Positions 12,037-25,079 of a stretch of 64,000 nt of DNA are shown in pieces. The notes under the pieces are model-generated. The model did no database searches. It saw only the letters and a list, made by a program, of their open reading frames with translations, and had not been told where the DNA came from. The stretch lies in assembly GCF_000027125.1 (NCBI RefSeq), contig NC_017626.1; one strand, written 5' to 3'. Source of the stretch: Escherichia coli 042 (GTDB lineage: Bacteria; Pseudomonadota; Gammaproteobacteria; Enterobacterales; Enterobacteriaceae). The number at the start of each line of letters is the position of its first letter. Position 1 is the first letter of the stretch. Both the position numbers and the translations under genes were made by a program.

Positions 12037-12957
12037 TTACAAATGTGTTTTATAAAAAGGAATTAATTTATCGAGTGCCTGTTTCACAGGTTCTGGCTTA
12101 TCATACAGGTCGTAATGTGAATAACCTTCAACCACGACCAGCTCTTTATGTTTTGAGGCAGCGCGGCCAATAATTTCGCAGCCGTCACGGTAGGCACCAA
12201 ATGCGCCCACTCTATCGCCCACCACAACCATTATTGGTTGAGTTAACAGGACTTCTGCAAGATGAAATGCATCCCAACCCACGGCAACAGTCTGATGTGA
12301 GAATAGCGAACGATTTACCCCATTAGGTGCACAGCCTCGTGGCGAACGATAATATTCTGTGGCTTCAAAAAGGTCTATTTCTGTTAATCCCGCTTCAAGA
12401 GCTGCATCCGGAGAAGAGGGGAGTAAATCATCTACGCGAAGTTTTGCGCCGTTAGCTTCGTCTGTTCTTTGTTGCGCCATTGCTTCGAGTGCTCCGATAG
12501 GATTAAACGCTGTAAATCCCTCACGCATAAGACGCCCGTAGTTTGCACCCGTGACAGTACCAATAGCTTTAATTCGACGTTCTGTCATTGCGGCATTAAT
12601 GGCATATCCACCTCCACCACAAATACCCAGTACACCAATACGCCCGGCATCAACGTAAGGTAAGGTGGTAAGGTAATCAACGACAATGCTGAAGTCTTTT
12701 ACTCGCATTGTTGGATCTTCCAGATAACGCGGTTCTCCACCGCTGCTTCCCTGAAAACTGGCATCAAAAGCAATGACGATAAAGCCAGCTTTTGCCAGGG
12801 CGGCACCATACACACTACCCGATGTTTGTTCTTTGCAGCTTCCAATTGGATGGGCGCTGATAATGGCAGGATACTTTTTTTCACTATTAAAATCGTCAGG
12901 GAAATAGATATCAGCAGCTATATCCCAGTAAGTATGTTTTATCGAAACAGTTTTCAT
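12037..12957 (-). CDS. Alpha/beta hydrolase, dienelactone-hydrolase-like, with Cys in the nucleophile elbow
   Basis: 306-aa ORF; motif GVLGICGGGG in the place of the usual G-x-S-x-G, suggesting a Cys nucleophile as in dienelactone hydrolases; GGAG SD upstream. Confidence 0.75.
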   Translation of the reverse strand: MKTVSIKHTYWDIAADIYFPDDFNSEKKYPAIISAHPIGSCKEQTSGSVYGAALAKAGFIVIAFDASFQGSSGGEPRYLEDPTMRVKDFSIVVDYLTTLPYVDAGRIGVLGICGGGGYAINAAMTERRIKAIGTVTGANYGRLMREGFTAFNPIGALEAMAQQRTDEANGAKLRVDDLLPSSPDAALEAGLTEIDLFEATEYYRSPRGCAPNGVNRSLFSHQTVAVGWDAFHLAEVLLTQPIMVVVGDRVGAFGAYRDGCEIIGRAASKHKELVVVEGYSHYDLYDKPEPVKQALDKLIPFYKTHL

Positions 12958-13113
12958 TTCAAGCTCCGGGGAATTGCCTAAACAGATTTAAATATCATTT
13001 CTATTATCCGCAACTGGCATTCGTGTTCATGTCGAGAACGGCGTAATAGTATGACTTGTATTGGTTATCATCAATGGTCTAATATCTATCACAGTGTTAA
13101 GTTAAGGTTTACA

Positions 13114-14040
13114 ATGATGAAAATAGAGCCTTCAATTTTGCCTTCTCTTGCCTGGTTTGCGCTGATTGTTCGTGCCGGCAGTTTTTCCAGAGCCGCTTCT
13201 GAAATGGGTATTACGCGGGCCGCATTGTCCCAGAATTTAAAATCTCTTGAGGAACGTCTTAACACCAAGCTGATATACCGTACGACCCGCAATATGTCGC
13301 TTACTGAGGAAGGACAGCGTCTGTATGAAGTGCTGGTGTCGGCTTTGGGGCAAATTGATGATGCTTTGAAAGATGTTGGTGATACCCAACTTGAACCTAC
13401 AGGCCTGTTGAGAATAAATTCCTCCCGTGTTGCAGCACGGATGCTTGTTGAGCCTCATATTGGCGAGTTTCTTACTCGTTACCCCAAAACAAAGATAGAA
13501 CTCATTATGGATGACGGTTTATCTAACATTATTGCGGACGGCTGTGATGTGGGCATACGTCTTGAGCAAGGACTGGATGAGCATATGACTGCCATTCCTG
13601 TTTCTCCGCTTATTAAACTGGTTACTGTGGCATCGCCAGATTATTTAAAAGAGCACGGTATTCCTGAAACGCCTCAGGAACTGAGTAACCATAATTGCCT
13701 TCGGTTGCGGCATAAAAGTAGTGGTGCACTCTCTGCATGGGAGTTTTCTAATGTTGCGGGGGGTAATGAAGAGTTCGAAATAGAGGTTTCAGGTAAGTAT
13801 ATTTCTAATGATGACGAAAGCATGATACGAATGGCGCTGAATGGAACGGGTATCATTCAACATCTGGATTTTGCAATCGCTGAACATATCAATGCGGGCA
13901 AGTTACAGCCGATTCTTGAGGATTGGGCTGTTTCATTTCCTGGATTTTATATTTATGTTTCATCACGGGTGAGAATGCCCTCTAAAGTTCGTGCTTTTAT
14001 TGATTTTATGGTGGAGAAAAGAGTAAAACTCGAAAATTGA
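13114..14040 (+). CDS. LysR-family transcriptional regulator, divergent from the hydrolase/OYE operon
   Basis: ORF 13051..14040; start set at ATG 13114 (MMKIEP...) with AAGG SD; N-terminal LysR HTH (FSRAASEMGITRAALSQNLKSLEERL). Confidence 0.75.
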   Translation: MMKIEPSILPSLAWFALIVRAGSFSRAASEMGITRAALSQNLKSLEERLNTKLIYRTTRNMSLTEEGQRLYEVLVSALGQIDDALKDVGDTQLEPTGLLRINSSRVAARMLVEPHIGEFLTRYPKTKIELIMDDGLSNIIADGCDVGIRLEQGLDEHMTAIPVSPLIKLVTVASPDYLKEHGIPETPQELSNHNCLRLRHKSSGALSAWEFSNVAGGNEEFEIEVSGKYISNDDESMIRMALNGTGIIQHLDFAIAEHINAGKLQPILEDWAVSFPGFYIYVSSRVRMPSKVRAFIDFMVEKRVKLEN

Positions 14041-14195
14041 TGATATGTGTAATTGATGGTTGCTCTGGGCGAATATCGGTAAGAGGAATAACGTAATCAT
14101 TAGGACGCGTTTACATAATAAACTTTCTGATAATTAATACTTATTTTCTATACGGCCATAATATCAATTATCATTATCACCGGTAATGTGGTTAA

Positions 14196-17071
<2,876 letters not shown>

Positions 17072-17621
17072 TTATCGTTCATGAGAAGCATAACGTAAAG
17101 GGAAGAGCTCGATTAGACGGCAGGATTTGTCAGGGGTTATGAACGAAATTCATAAATCTGCTTGAGTGTTGCGATGAGTCGTGCAAGTTCGATATCCCTG
17201 CAATTCACAGTCTGATGAAGAAAAATGAATATCCATAAAAAATATATTGGTTTATCCTGGTGTATATACCTACTTCGACGTATTCCCAATAGCGATTAAT
17301 TAAAGACAGGTCATTATTATTCACTCTTAATAATGAATTATTCACTGCCCGCAGAGTAAGAAATATAACTTAAGTATCTATTTAATAACTTGCACAAAAA
17401 GCTAAATTTTTACCCATAAATAAAAATATAATCCCGCGCCCAACCACCTGATGAGTGGCTACAGACACTGGATATATTAGGTGGCGGTGTACTTTCTTAC
17501 ATAAAGGTATTTCCTTTTCTGCGGAAAAGGAAACCGGGAAATCCCCGGTTTTTCTGACAAGCAGACGCCATTATTTGTGTCTGCCTATGTTCGTTAATTC
17601 GTTCATCAGGAAATTATCTCA

Positions 17622-20600
17622 ATGTCACGTTATAAAACAGGTCATAAACAACCACGATTTCGTTATTCAGTTCTGGCCCGCTGCGTGGCGTGGGCAAATA
17701 TCTCTGTTCAGGTTCTTTTCCCACTCGCTGTCACCTTTACCCCAGTAATGGCAGCACGCGCGCAGCATGCGGTTCAGCCACGTTTGAGCATGGAAAATAC
17801 CACAGTAGCTGCTGATAATAATGTGGAGAAAAATGTCGCGTCGTTTGCCGCAAATGCCGGGACATTTTTAAGCAGTCAGCCAGATAGCGATGCGACACGT
17901 AACTTTATTACCGGAATGGCCACAGCTAAAGCTAACCAGGAAATACAGGAGTGGCTCGGGAAATATGGTACTGCGCGCGTCAAACTGAATGTCGATAAAG
18001 AATTCTCGCTGAAGGATTCTTCGCTGGAAATGCTTTATCCGATTTATGATACGCCGACAAATATGTTGTTCACTCAGGGAGCAATACATCGTACCGACGA
18101 TCGTACTCAGTCAAATATTGGTTTTGGCTGGCGTCATTTTTCAGGAAATGACTGGATGGCGGGGGTGAACACCTTTATCGACCATGATTTATCCCGTAGT
18201 CATACCCGCATTGGTGTTGGTGCGGAATACTGGCGTGATTATTTGAAATTGAGCGCCAATGGTTATATCCGGGCTTCTGGCTGGAAAAAATCGCCGGATG
18301 TTGAGGATTATCAGGAACGCCCGGCGAATGGCTGGGATATTCGTGCTGAGGGCTATTTACCTGCCTGGCCGCAGCTTGGCGCAAGCCTGATGTATGAACA
18401 GTATTATGGCGATGAAGTCGGGCTGTTTGGTAAAGATAAACGCCAGAAAGATCCACATGCGATTACCGCTGAAGTGAATTACACGCCAGTGCCTCTTCTG
18501 ACCCTGAGTGCCGGGCATAAGCAGGGCAAGAGTGGTGAGAATGACACTCGCTTTGGCCTGGAAGTTAATTATCGGATTGGCGAACCTCTGGAAAAACAAC
18601 TCGATACAGACAGCATTCGCGAGCGTCGAATGCTGGCAGGCAGCCGCTATGACCTGGTTGAGCGTAATAACAATATCGTTCTTGAGTATCGCAAATCTGA
18701 AGTGATCCGTATTGCTCTGCCTGAGCGGATTGAAGGTAAGGGCGGTCAGACACTTTCCCTGGGACTTGTGGTCAGCAAAGCAACTCACGGACTGAAAAAT
18801 GTGCAGTGGGAAGCGCCGTCATTACTGGCTGAAGGTGGCAAAATTACCGGTCAGGGTAGTCAGTGGCAAGTAACGCTCCCGGCTTATCGTCCAGGCAAAG
18901 ACAATTATTATGCGGTTTCAGCGATTGCCTACGATAACAAAGGCAATGCCTCGAAACGTGTGCAGACAGAAGTGGTTATTAGCGGAGCTGGTATGAGCGC
19001 CGATCGTACGGCGTTAACGCTTGACGGTCAGAGCCGTATTCAAATGCTTGCTAACGGTAATGAGCAAAAGCCGCTGGTGCTGTCTCTGCGCGACGCCGAG
19101 GGCCAGCCAGTCACGGGCATGAAAGATCAGATCAAGACTGAACTAACCTTCAAACCGGCTGGAAATATTGTGACTCGTACCCTGAAGGCCACTAAATCAC
19201 AGGCAAAGCCAACACTGGGTGAGTTCACCGAAACTGAAGCAGGGGTGTATCAGTCTGTCTTTACTACCGGCACGCAGTCAGGTGAGGCAACGATTACTGT
19301 TAGCGTTGATGGCATGAGCAAAACCGTCACTGCAGAACTGCGGGCCACGATGATGGATGTGGCAAACTCCACCCTGAGCGCTAACGAGCCATCAGGTGAC
19401 GTGGTTGCTGATGGTCAGCAAGCCTACACGCTGACACTGACAGCGGTGGACTCCGAGGGTAATCCGGTGACGGGAGAAGCCAGCCGCCTGCGACTTGTTC
19501 CGCAAGACACTAATGGTGTAACCGTTGGTGCCATTTCGGAAATAAAACCAGGGGTTTACAGCGCCACGGTTTCTTCGACCCGTGCCGGAAACGTTGTTGT
19601 GCGTGCCTTCAGCGAGCAGTATCAGCTGGGCACATTACAACAAACGCTGAAGTTTGTTGCCGGGCCGCTTGATGCAGCACATTCGTCCATCACCCTGAAT
19701 CCGGATAAACCGGTGGTCGGCGGTACAGTTACGGCAATCTGGACGGCAAAAGATGCCAATGACAACCCTGTAACAGGCCTCAATCCGGATGCACCGTCAT
19801 TATCGGGCGCAGCAGCTGCTGGTTCTACGGCATCTGGCTGGACAAATAATGGTGATGGGACGTGGACTGCGCAGATTACTCTCGGCTCTACGGCGGGTGA
19901 ATTAGAAGTTATGCCGAAGCTAAATGGACAGGATGCGGCAGCAAATGCGGCAAAAGTAACCGTGGTGGCTGATGCATTATCTTCAAACCAGTCGAAAGTC
20001 TCTGTCGCAGAAGATCACGTAAAAGCCGGTGAAAGCACAACCGTAACGCTTATTGCAAAAGATGCGCATGGCAACGCTATCAGTGGTCTTTCGTTGTCGG
20101 CAAGTTTGACGGGGACCGCCTCTGAAGGGGCGACCATTTCCAGTTGGACCGAAAAAGGTGACGGTTCCTATGTTGCTACGTTGACCACAGGCGGAAAGAC
20201 GGGCGAGCTTCGTGTCATGCCTCTCTTCAACGGCCAGCCAGCAGCCACCGAAGCCGCGCAGTTGACGGTCATCGCCGGAGAGATGTCATCAGCGAACTCT
20301 ACGCTTGTTGCGGACAATAAGACTCCAACGGTTAAAACGACGACGGAACTCACCTTCACCGTGAAGGATGCGTACGGGAACCCGGTCACCGGGCTGAAGC
20401 CAGATGCACCAGTGTTTAGCGGTGCCGCCAGCACGGGATCAGCGCGACCTTCAGCAGGAAGCTGGACAGAGCAAAGTAATGGGGTCTACGTGGCGACCTT
20501 AACGCTGGGATCGGCTGCAGGTCAGTTGTCTGTGATGCCGCGAGTGAACGGCCAAAATGCCGTTGCTCAGCCACTGGTGCTGAATGTTGCAGGCGACGCT

Positions 20601-21875
20601 TCCCGGGCAGTGATCAGTGATATGGCGGTGAAGGTGAATAACCAACTGGCAAATGGACAGTCTGCTAACCAGGTAACCCTGACCGTCGTGGACAGCTATG
20701 GTAACCCGTTGCAGGGGCAAGAAGTTACGCTGACTTTACCGCAGGGTGTGACTAGCAAGACGGGGAATACAGTAACAACCAATGCGGCAGGTAAGGCGGA
20801 TATTGAGTTGATATCAACCGTTGCAGGGGAACTTGAAATCGCGGCCGCGGTGAAAAACTCTCAGAAGACGGTCACGGTGAAATTCAACGCGGATGCCAGC
20901 ACCGGTCAGGCAAACCTGCAGGTAGACACCGCCGTTCAAAAAGTGGCAAACGGCAAAGATGCCTTTACGCTGACGGCGACCGTTGAGGATAAAAACGGTA
21001 ACCCTGTTCCAGGCACTCTGGTGACCTTTAATCTGCCCCGGGGTGTCAAGCCGCTTACTGGCGATAATGTCTGGGTGAAAGCCAACGATGAGGGGAAAGC
21101 AGAGTTGCAGGTGGTTTCCGTGACTGCCGGAACCTATGAGATCACGGCGTCGGCAGGAAATGACCAGCCTTCAGATGCGCAGACTATAACGTTTGTAGCC
21201 GATAAGGCTACCGCAACCGTCTCCGGTATTGAGGTGATTGGCAACTATGCACTGGCGGACGGCAAAGCCAAACAGACGTATAAAGTTACGGTGACTGATG
21301 CCAATAACAACCTGTTGAAAGATAGCGACGTGACGCTGACTGCCAGCCCGGCTTCGTTAAACCTGGAACCGAATGGCACTGCGACAACGAATGAGCAAGG
21401 GCAGGCTATTTTCACCGCTACCACTACTGTTGCGGCGACATACACACTCAAGGCGCAAGTGAGTCAGACCAACGGTCAGGTATCAACGAAAACTGCCGAA
21501 TCTAAATTCGTCGCGGATGATAAAAACGCGGAGCTCACCGCATCATCTGATGTGCAATCGCTGGTGGCGGATGGGAAATCGACTGCGAAGCTGGAGGTTA
21601 CCCTGTTCTCGGCAAATAACCCTGTTGGGGGGAATGTGTGGGTCGACATTGAGGCTCCGGAAGGAGTGACGGAGAAGGATTATCAATTCCTGCCGTCGAA
21701 AAATGACCATTTCGTGAGCGGAAAAATCACGCGTACATTTAGTACCAGCAAGCCTGGTGTCTATACGTTCACATTTAACGCCCTGACCTATGGCGGGTAC
21801 GAAATGAAGCCAGTGACGGTGACCATAACCGCGGTGGATGCCGATACGGCAAAGGGCGAGGAGGCGATGAAGTAA
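17622..21875 (+). CDS. fdeC: Intimin/invasin-family inverse autotransporter adhesin with tandem bacterial Ig-like domains (FdeC / EaeH), full length
   Basis: 1417-aa ORF; N-terminal signal/anchor and intimin-like beta-barrel region followed by repeated ~100-aa Ig-like units (recurring ...TLT.VD..GNPVTG... motifs). Confidence 0.9.
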   Translation: MSRYKTGHKQPRFRYSVLARCVAWANISVQVLFPLAVTFTPVMAARAQHAVQPRLSMENTTVAADNNVEKNVASFAANAGTFLSSQPDSDATRNFITGMATAKANQEIQEWLGKYGTARVKLNVDKEFSLKDSSLEMLYPIYDTPTNMLFTQGAIHRTDDRTQSNIGFGWRHFSGNDWMAGVNTFIDHDLSRSHTRIGVGAEYWRDYLKLSANGYIRASGWKKSPDVEDYQERPANGWDIRAEGYLPAWPQLGASLMYEQYYGDEVGLFGKDKRQKDPHAITAEVNYTPVPLLTLSAGHKQGKSGENDTRFGLEVNYRIGEPLEKQLDTDSIRERRMLAGSRYDLVERNNNIVLEYRKSEVIRIALPERIEGKGGQTLSLGLVVSKATHGLKNVQWEAPSLLAEGGKITGQGSQWQVTLPAYRPGKDNYYAVSAIAYDNKGNASKRVQTEVVISGAGMSADRTALTLDGQSRIQMLANGNEQKPLVLSLRDAEGQPVTGMKDQIKTELTFKPAGNIVTRTLKATKSQAKPTLGEFTETEAGVYQSVFTTGTQSGEATITVSVDGMSKTVTAELRATMMDVANSTLSANEPSGDVVADGQQAYTLTLTAVDSEGNPVTGEASRLRLVPQDTNGVTVGAISEIKPGVYSATVSSTRAGNVVVRAFSEQYQLGTLQQTLKFVAGPLDAAHSSITLNPDKPVVGGTVTAIWTAKDANDNPVTGLNPDAPSLSGAAAAGSTASGWTNNGDGTWTAQITLGSTAGELEVMPKLNGQDAAANAAKVTVVADALSSNQSKVSVAEDHVKAGESTTVTLIAKDAHGNAISGLSLSASLTGTASEGATISSWTEKGDGSYVATLTTGGKTGELRVMPLFNGQPAATEAAQLTVIAGEMSSANSTLVADNKTPTVKTTTELTFTVKDAYGNPVTGLKPDAPVFSGAASTGSARPSAGSWTEQSNGVYVATLTLGSAAGQLSVMPRVNGQNAVAQPLVLNVAGDASRAVISDMAVKVNNQLANGQSANQVTLTVVDSYGNPLQGQEVTLTLPQGVTSKTGNTVTTNAAGKADIELISTVAGELEIAAAVKNSQKTVTVKFNADASTGQANLQVDTAVQKVANGKDAFTLTATVEDKNGNPVPGTLVTFNLPRGVKPLTGDNVWVKANDEGKAELQVVSVTAGTYEITASAGNDQPSDAQTITFVADKATATVSGIEVIGNYALADGKAKQTYKVTVTDANNNLLKDSDVTLTASPASLNLEPNGTATTNEQGQAIFTATTTVAATYTLKAQVSQTNGQVSTKTAESKFVADDKNAELTASSDVQSLVADGKSTAKLEVTLFSANNPVGGNVWVDIEAPEGVTEKDYQFLPSKNDHFVSGKITRTFSTSKPGVYTFTFNALTYGGYEMKPVTVTITAVDADTAKGEEAMK

Positions 21876-21910
21876 TATTAAGAATATGAAAGTAACATTC
21901 TAATAAACAA

Positions 21911-21945
21911 TAATGGCGTTGACATCTTCAACGCCATTATTTATT
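21911..21945. terminator. Bidirectional rho-independent terminator between fdeC and ykgA
   Basis: 8-bp stem GGCGTTGA / TCAACGCC (21915-21922, 21928-21935) with a 5-nt loop, flanked by A/T-rich runs on both sides. Confidence 0.6.
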
Positions 21946-21995
21946 GAATTGCCTGACAGTAGTCTCGTTATAAATTCATGTAAACATCGCTACAG

Positions 21996-22853
21996 CTAAA
22001 CCGGGCGAACGGGGATAAAAATTTCGCAAACAATGTTATTGCTATCAATTTCGACGAAGTTTTCATTGTAATAAAATCGCTCAATATCACTGCCGTTCAC
22101 TCTGGCTAACCCCCTGGCAGGTAATTCCATCAGATAGAGGTTTCGCGCCCATTCAGGGTAGTGCTCCCACTCACCTTCATAGCGGAAAGAGGCATACAGT
22201 CCTCGGTTAATTGTCCACTCTTTCGACATCTCTGAATCGGTTTGTTTGCATACCGTACCGGCAAAAGTTTCAACTGTGAGCAAATCGACCGATTTTGTTG
22301 ACGGTTCGAATGTGGAGACGAAATAGATATCCGTCTTAAAACTCTTCATACATCTGGCTAAATGATGACGTCGCAGTTTGACTTCTTCATCCGGTGATTT
22401 ATTCGACACTTCAATGTCATATTTAAATGAATCGCCAAAAATAGGTGTCTCAGGAAAGTTGACTAATCTACACTCCGTCTTTTGCTGTTGACGTATTAAA
22501 AAAGAAGGGAAGATATTTGCGAGATCCCAATAATCACGGTGGCGGTATTCACGGGGAGAGCAGCCGAATAACTTTTTAAATTCGCGGCTGAATGACTGCT
22601 GTGAGTCAAAATGCAAAGAGAGTGCAATATCAAGCATAGATTTCGCGGTGAGTCGGACAAGAATGGCGGCACGACAAAGCCTTCGTTTGCGAATGTATTC
22701 TCCTAAAGGCACATGCATGAAATTTCGGAACAGAAGCTGGATGTTGCGCCTGCTGTAGCCAGATTTCTGTGCGATATCTTCGATTGAAATAGGGTGCTCA
22801 AGATTGCACTCAATCCACTCCAGGAGCTGCTGTAGAATCTTCTGCCTGATCAT
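21996..22853 (-). CDS. ykgA: AraC/XylS-family regulator with C-terminal GyrI-like effector-binding domain
   Basis: ORF 21996..22886 begins at GTG without an SD; start set at ATG 22853 (MIRQKILQQLLEWIE...) preceded by GGAG. N-terminal AraC HTH pair, C-terminal GyrI-like region. Confidence 0.75.
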   Translation of the reverse strand: MIRQKILQQLLEWIECNLEHPISIEDIAQKSGYSRRNIQLLFRNFMHVPLGEYIRKRRLCRAAILVRLTAKSMLDIALSLHFDSQQSFSREFKKLFGCSPREYRHRDYWDLANIFPSFLIRQQQKTECRLVNFPETPIFGDSFKYDIEVSNKSPDEEVKLRRHHLARCMKSFKTDIYFVSTFEPSTKSVDLLTVETFAGTVCKQTDSEMSKEWTINRGLYASFRYEGEWEHYPEWARNLYLMELPARGLARVNGSDIERFYYNENFVEIDSNNIVCEIFIPVRPV

Positions 22854-23085
22854 CACATTCTCCGTTAATTCTTTGTCATATCGCACATTTTCGTTATGTC
22901 CTGGGCCCTAAGTGTATCAAAAATAGCAAGTCCCAAGGCAAAAGCACTGATAGCGTCTGCTTCATTGCCCCAAAAATAGAGAGGTTTCAGTCCTACATTA
23001 TTAATGAATTTTTTGCATAAGTGATATCAAAATCCACATACTAATTTGAGGTTACGTTTTAACGTAGACTCATTGTTCATACCTA

Positions 23086-23970
23086 ATGGAGGGACTGACA
23101 GTGGAATTTTCCGTATTAAGTAACAATCTGAAAATGCCGATGATGGGATTTGGTGTTTTTCAGGTTACCGATAAAGACGTGTGCAAACAGTCAGTGTTGA
23201 ATGCTATCCGCACGGGTTATCGACTCATCGACACTGCAGCGGTATACGGTAATGAAGATGCCGTCGGTGAAGCCGTTCGTGAAGCCATATCTGAAGGTTT
23301 ATGTACCCGAGAAGAGTTATTTATAACGTCTAAATTGTGGGTGCAGGATATGTTGAATCAGGATATTGCAGCAGCAGGTATTGAAGCATCATTAAAAAAA
23401 TCGGGACTGGAATACTTCGATCTCTTTTTATTGCACCAGGCCATGCGCGATTATTTCAGTGCGTGGCGTGCACTCGAAGATGCCTATGAAGAGGGCAAAT
23501 TAAAAGCGATTGGGGTTTCCAATTTCTACCCTCATGTTCTGGCGAACTTTTGTGAAACGGTAAGAGTTAAACCGATGGTCAACCAGGTCGAGTTGCATCC
23601 CTATTTTGCCCAACCAGAGGCGCTGGCAACCATGAAGTATTATAACGTGCAGCCTGAAGCATGGGCTCCGTTAGGTGGTGGACGACATAAACCCTTTGAA
23701 AATAATCTGCTTCAGAGTATTGCAGATGCCCATCAAAAATCGATTTCTCAGGTCATTCTGCGTTGGAATATTCAACGGGGAGTGGTCGTTATTCCGAAAT
23801 CGACACATCAACAGCGTATCGAAGAAAATTTTGCTATTTGGGATTTCTCACTGACAGAGAAAGAAATGGCGCAAATTAGTTCGCTTGATTTGGGTTATGT
23901 TGGGGAATCGGTAAAACATTTTAATCCTGAGTTTGTTCGTGGTTGTCTTGCTGTAAAAATACATGATTGA
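23086..23970 (+). CDS. Aldo-keto reductase (DkgA/YvgN-like), apparently intact
   Basis: 294-aa ORF (…NNLKMPMMGFGVFQV…IDTAAVYGNE…); alternative GTG start at 23101 preceded by GGAGGG. Divergent from ykgA. Confidence 0.75.
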   Translation: MEGLTVEFSVLSNNLKMPMMGFGVFQVTDKDVCKQSVLNAIRTGYRLIDTAAVYGNEDAVGEAVREAISEGLCTREELFITSKLWVQDMLNQDIAAAGIEASLKKSGLEYFDLFLLHQAMRDYFSAWRALEDAYEEGKLKAIGVSNFYPHVLANFCETVRVKPMVNQVELHPYFAQPEALATMKYYNVQPEAWAPLGGGRHKPFENNLLQSIADAHQKSISQVILRWNIQRGVVVIPKSTHQQRIEENFAIWDFSLTEKEMAQISSLDLGYVGESVKHFNPEFVRGCLAVKIHD

Positions 23971-24129
23971 TATTAATCACTTATTTTACCTGAGACGACA
24001 AGAATCTTTTAACAGGGGAGTGATATTGATCTTCACTCTGTCATATCTCCGGTAATATGGCGTCAGGCTTCATCATCAGAAAGGGGGCCTGACGCCTGAA
24101 AAAGTGAACAACAGACAGTGTTCGGATTA

Positions 24130-24723
24130 TCAATATTCAGTTTTTAACGTTGAACTGGATTCATTACTGCGTTGTTTAAGAATTTCCCGCGCCGAATCTG
24201 CCATTATCATGACAGCACCTGCCAGCATCAGAGTATCTTTCAATACCAGGCGACCAGCACCGGATAAATAAGGGAAACCATGATGAGCGTCACCCAATGC
24301 GGGTACCCATGCCTCCGGGGTGGTGATTAAAAATGAGAGTGTTACCAACGGTGTGGTAAATGCCATCAGCCCTCCCAATAAACCTAACCAGCGATTGACA
24401 GGATTAGCCAAAACCAGCAGAGCAATAATCACCTCCACGACGCCAAGACCGTTGGAAAAACCATAGGTATTATTGGCCGTTTGCCATGCCCTTGCTTCTG
24501 GTTTGTATTCGCCTTCGTGAGTCAGATACTGTTTATAGTCTTCCGGGTGTTCATAAAAGAACGACATTAGTGGACTGTTTGCGACGAATGGTGTAATGCT
24601 GTCTGCCTCGTAAGGGACAAACTTTAATAACCCAATCCACATAAAAACAATCGCAATACTCAGACGAATCAATGTCAGGCCAATTTTATCTCCCCGACTT
24701 AACAGGTGCAGGTATTTCTCCAT
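24130..24723 (-). CDS. rclC: RclC, inner-membrane protein of the reactive-chlorine resistance operon (DUF417)
   Basis: ORF 24130..24732; start set at MEKYL (ATG 24723); multiple hydrophobic segments; last gene of rclABC. Confidence 0.8.
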   Translation of the reverse strand: MEKYLHLLSRGDKIGLTLIRLSIAIVFMWIGLLKFVPYEADSITPFVANSPLMSFFYEHPEDYKQYLTHEGEYKPEARAWQTANNTYGFSNGLGVVEVIIALLVLANPVNRWLGLLGGLMAFTTPLVTLSFLITTPEAWVPALGDAHHGFPYLSGAGRLVLKDTLMLAGAVMIMADSAREILKQRSNESSSTLKTEY

Positions 24724-24734
24724 TGTAAACATCC

Positions 24735-24971
24735 TTATCTATACAATACTGCTGTTGCGGTTGAATTATTATCAATTCGCATCGATGTGACTTTCCAGGA
24801 TGAAGCATTATATTTTCTGGCCATATCAGCAATGGCATCCTCCAGAACTGTCGGTGATGCTGATACTGACGAGACGCTGATATGTTTCAGAATTATTTTA
24901 TCATCTGCATTGGTGGAAAATGCCATAACGCCAGATAATAGTGTTGCAAATAAAACAGATTTTTTAAACAT
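24735..24971 (-). CDS. rclB: RclB, small periplasmic protein (DUF1471, YdgH/BhsA/McbA family)
   Basis: ORF 24735..24986; start set at MFKKSVLFATLLSGVMAFSTNA (signal peptide), 78 aa. Confidence 0.8.
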   Translation of the reverse strand: MFKKSVLFATLLSGVMAFSTNADDKIILKHISVSSVSASPTVLEDAIADMARKYNASSWKVTSMRIDNNSTATAVLYR

Positions 24972-25079
24972 ATAAAATACCATCAATGAAGTGATTAAGA
25001 AGTTATAGAGTAACAGAGAATTAATGAGATTCTTTTCTCTGAGACGCCAGAATATTTGTTCTGGCGTCTGATTTTGAGT

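Noticed and set aside
21876-21995. IS element or transposase between fdeC and ykgA
   Set aside because: The gap is only 120 bp and consists of a terminator hairpin; no transposase ORF or terminal inverted repeats are present anywhere in the window.
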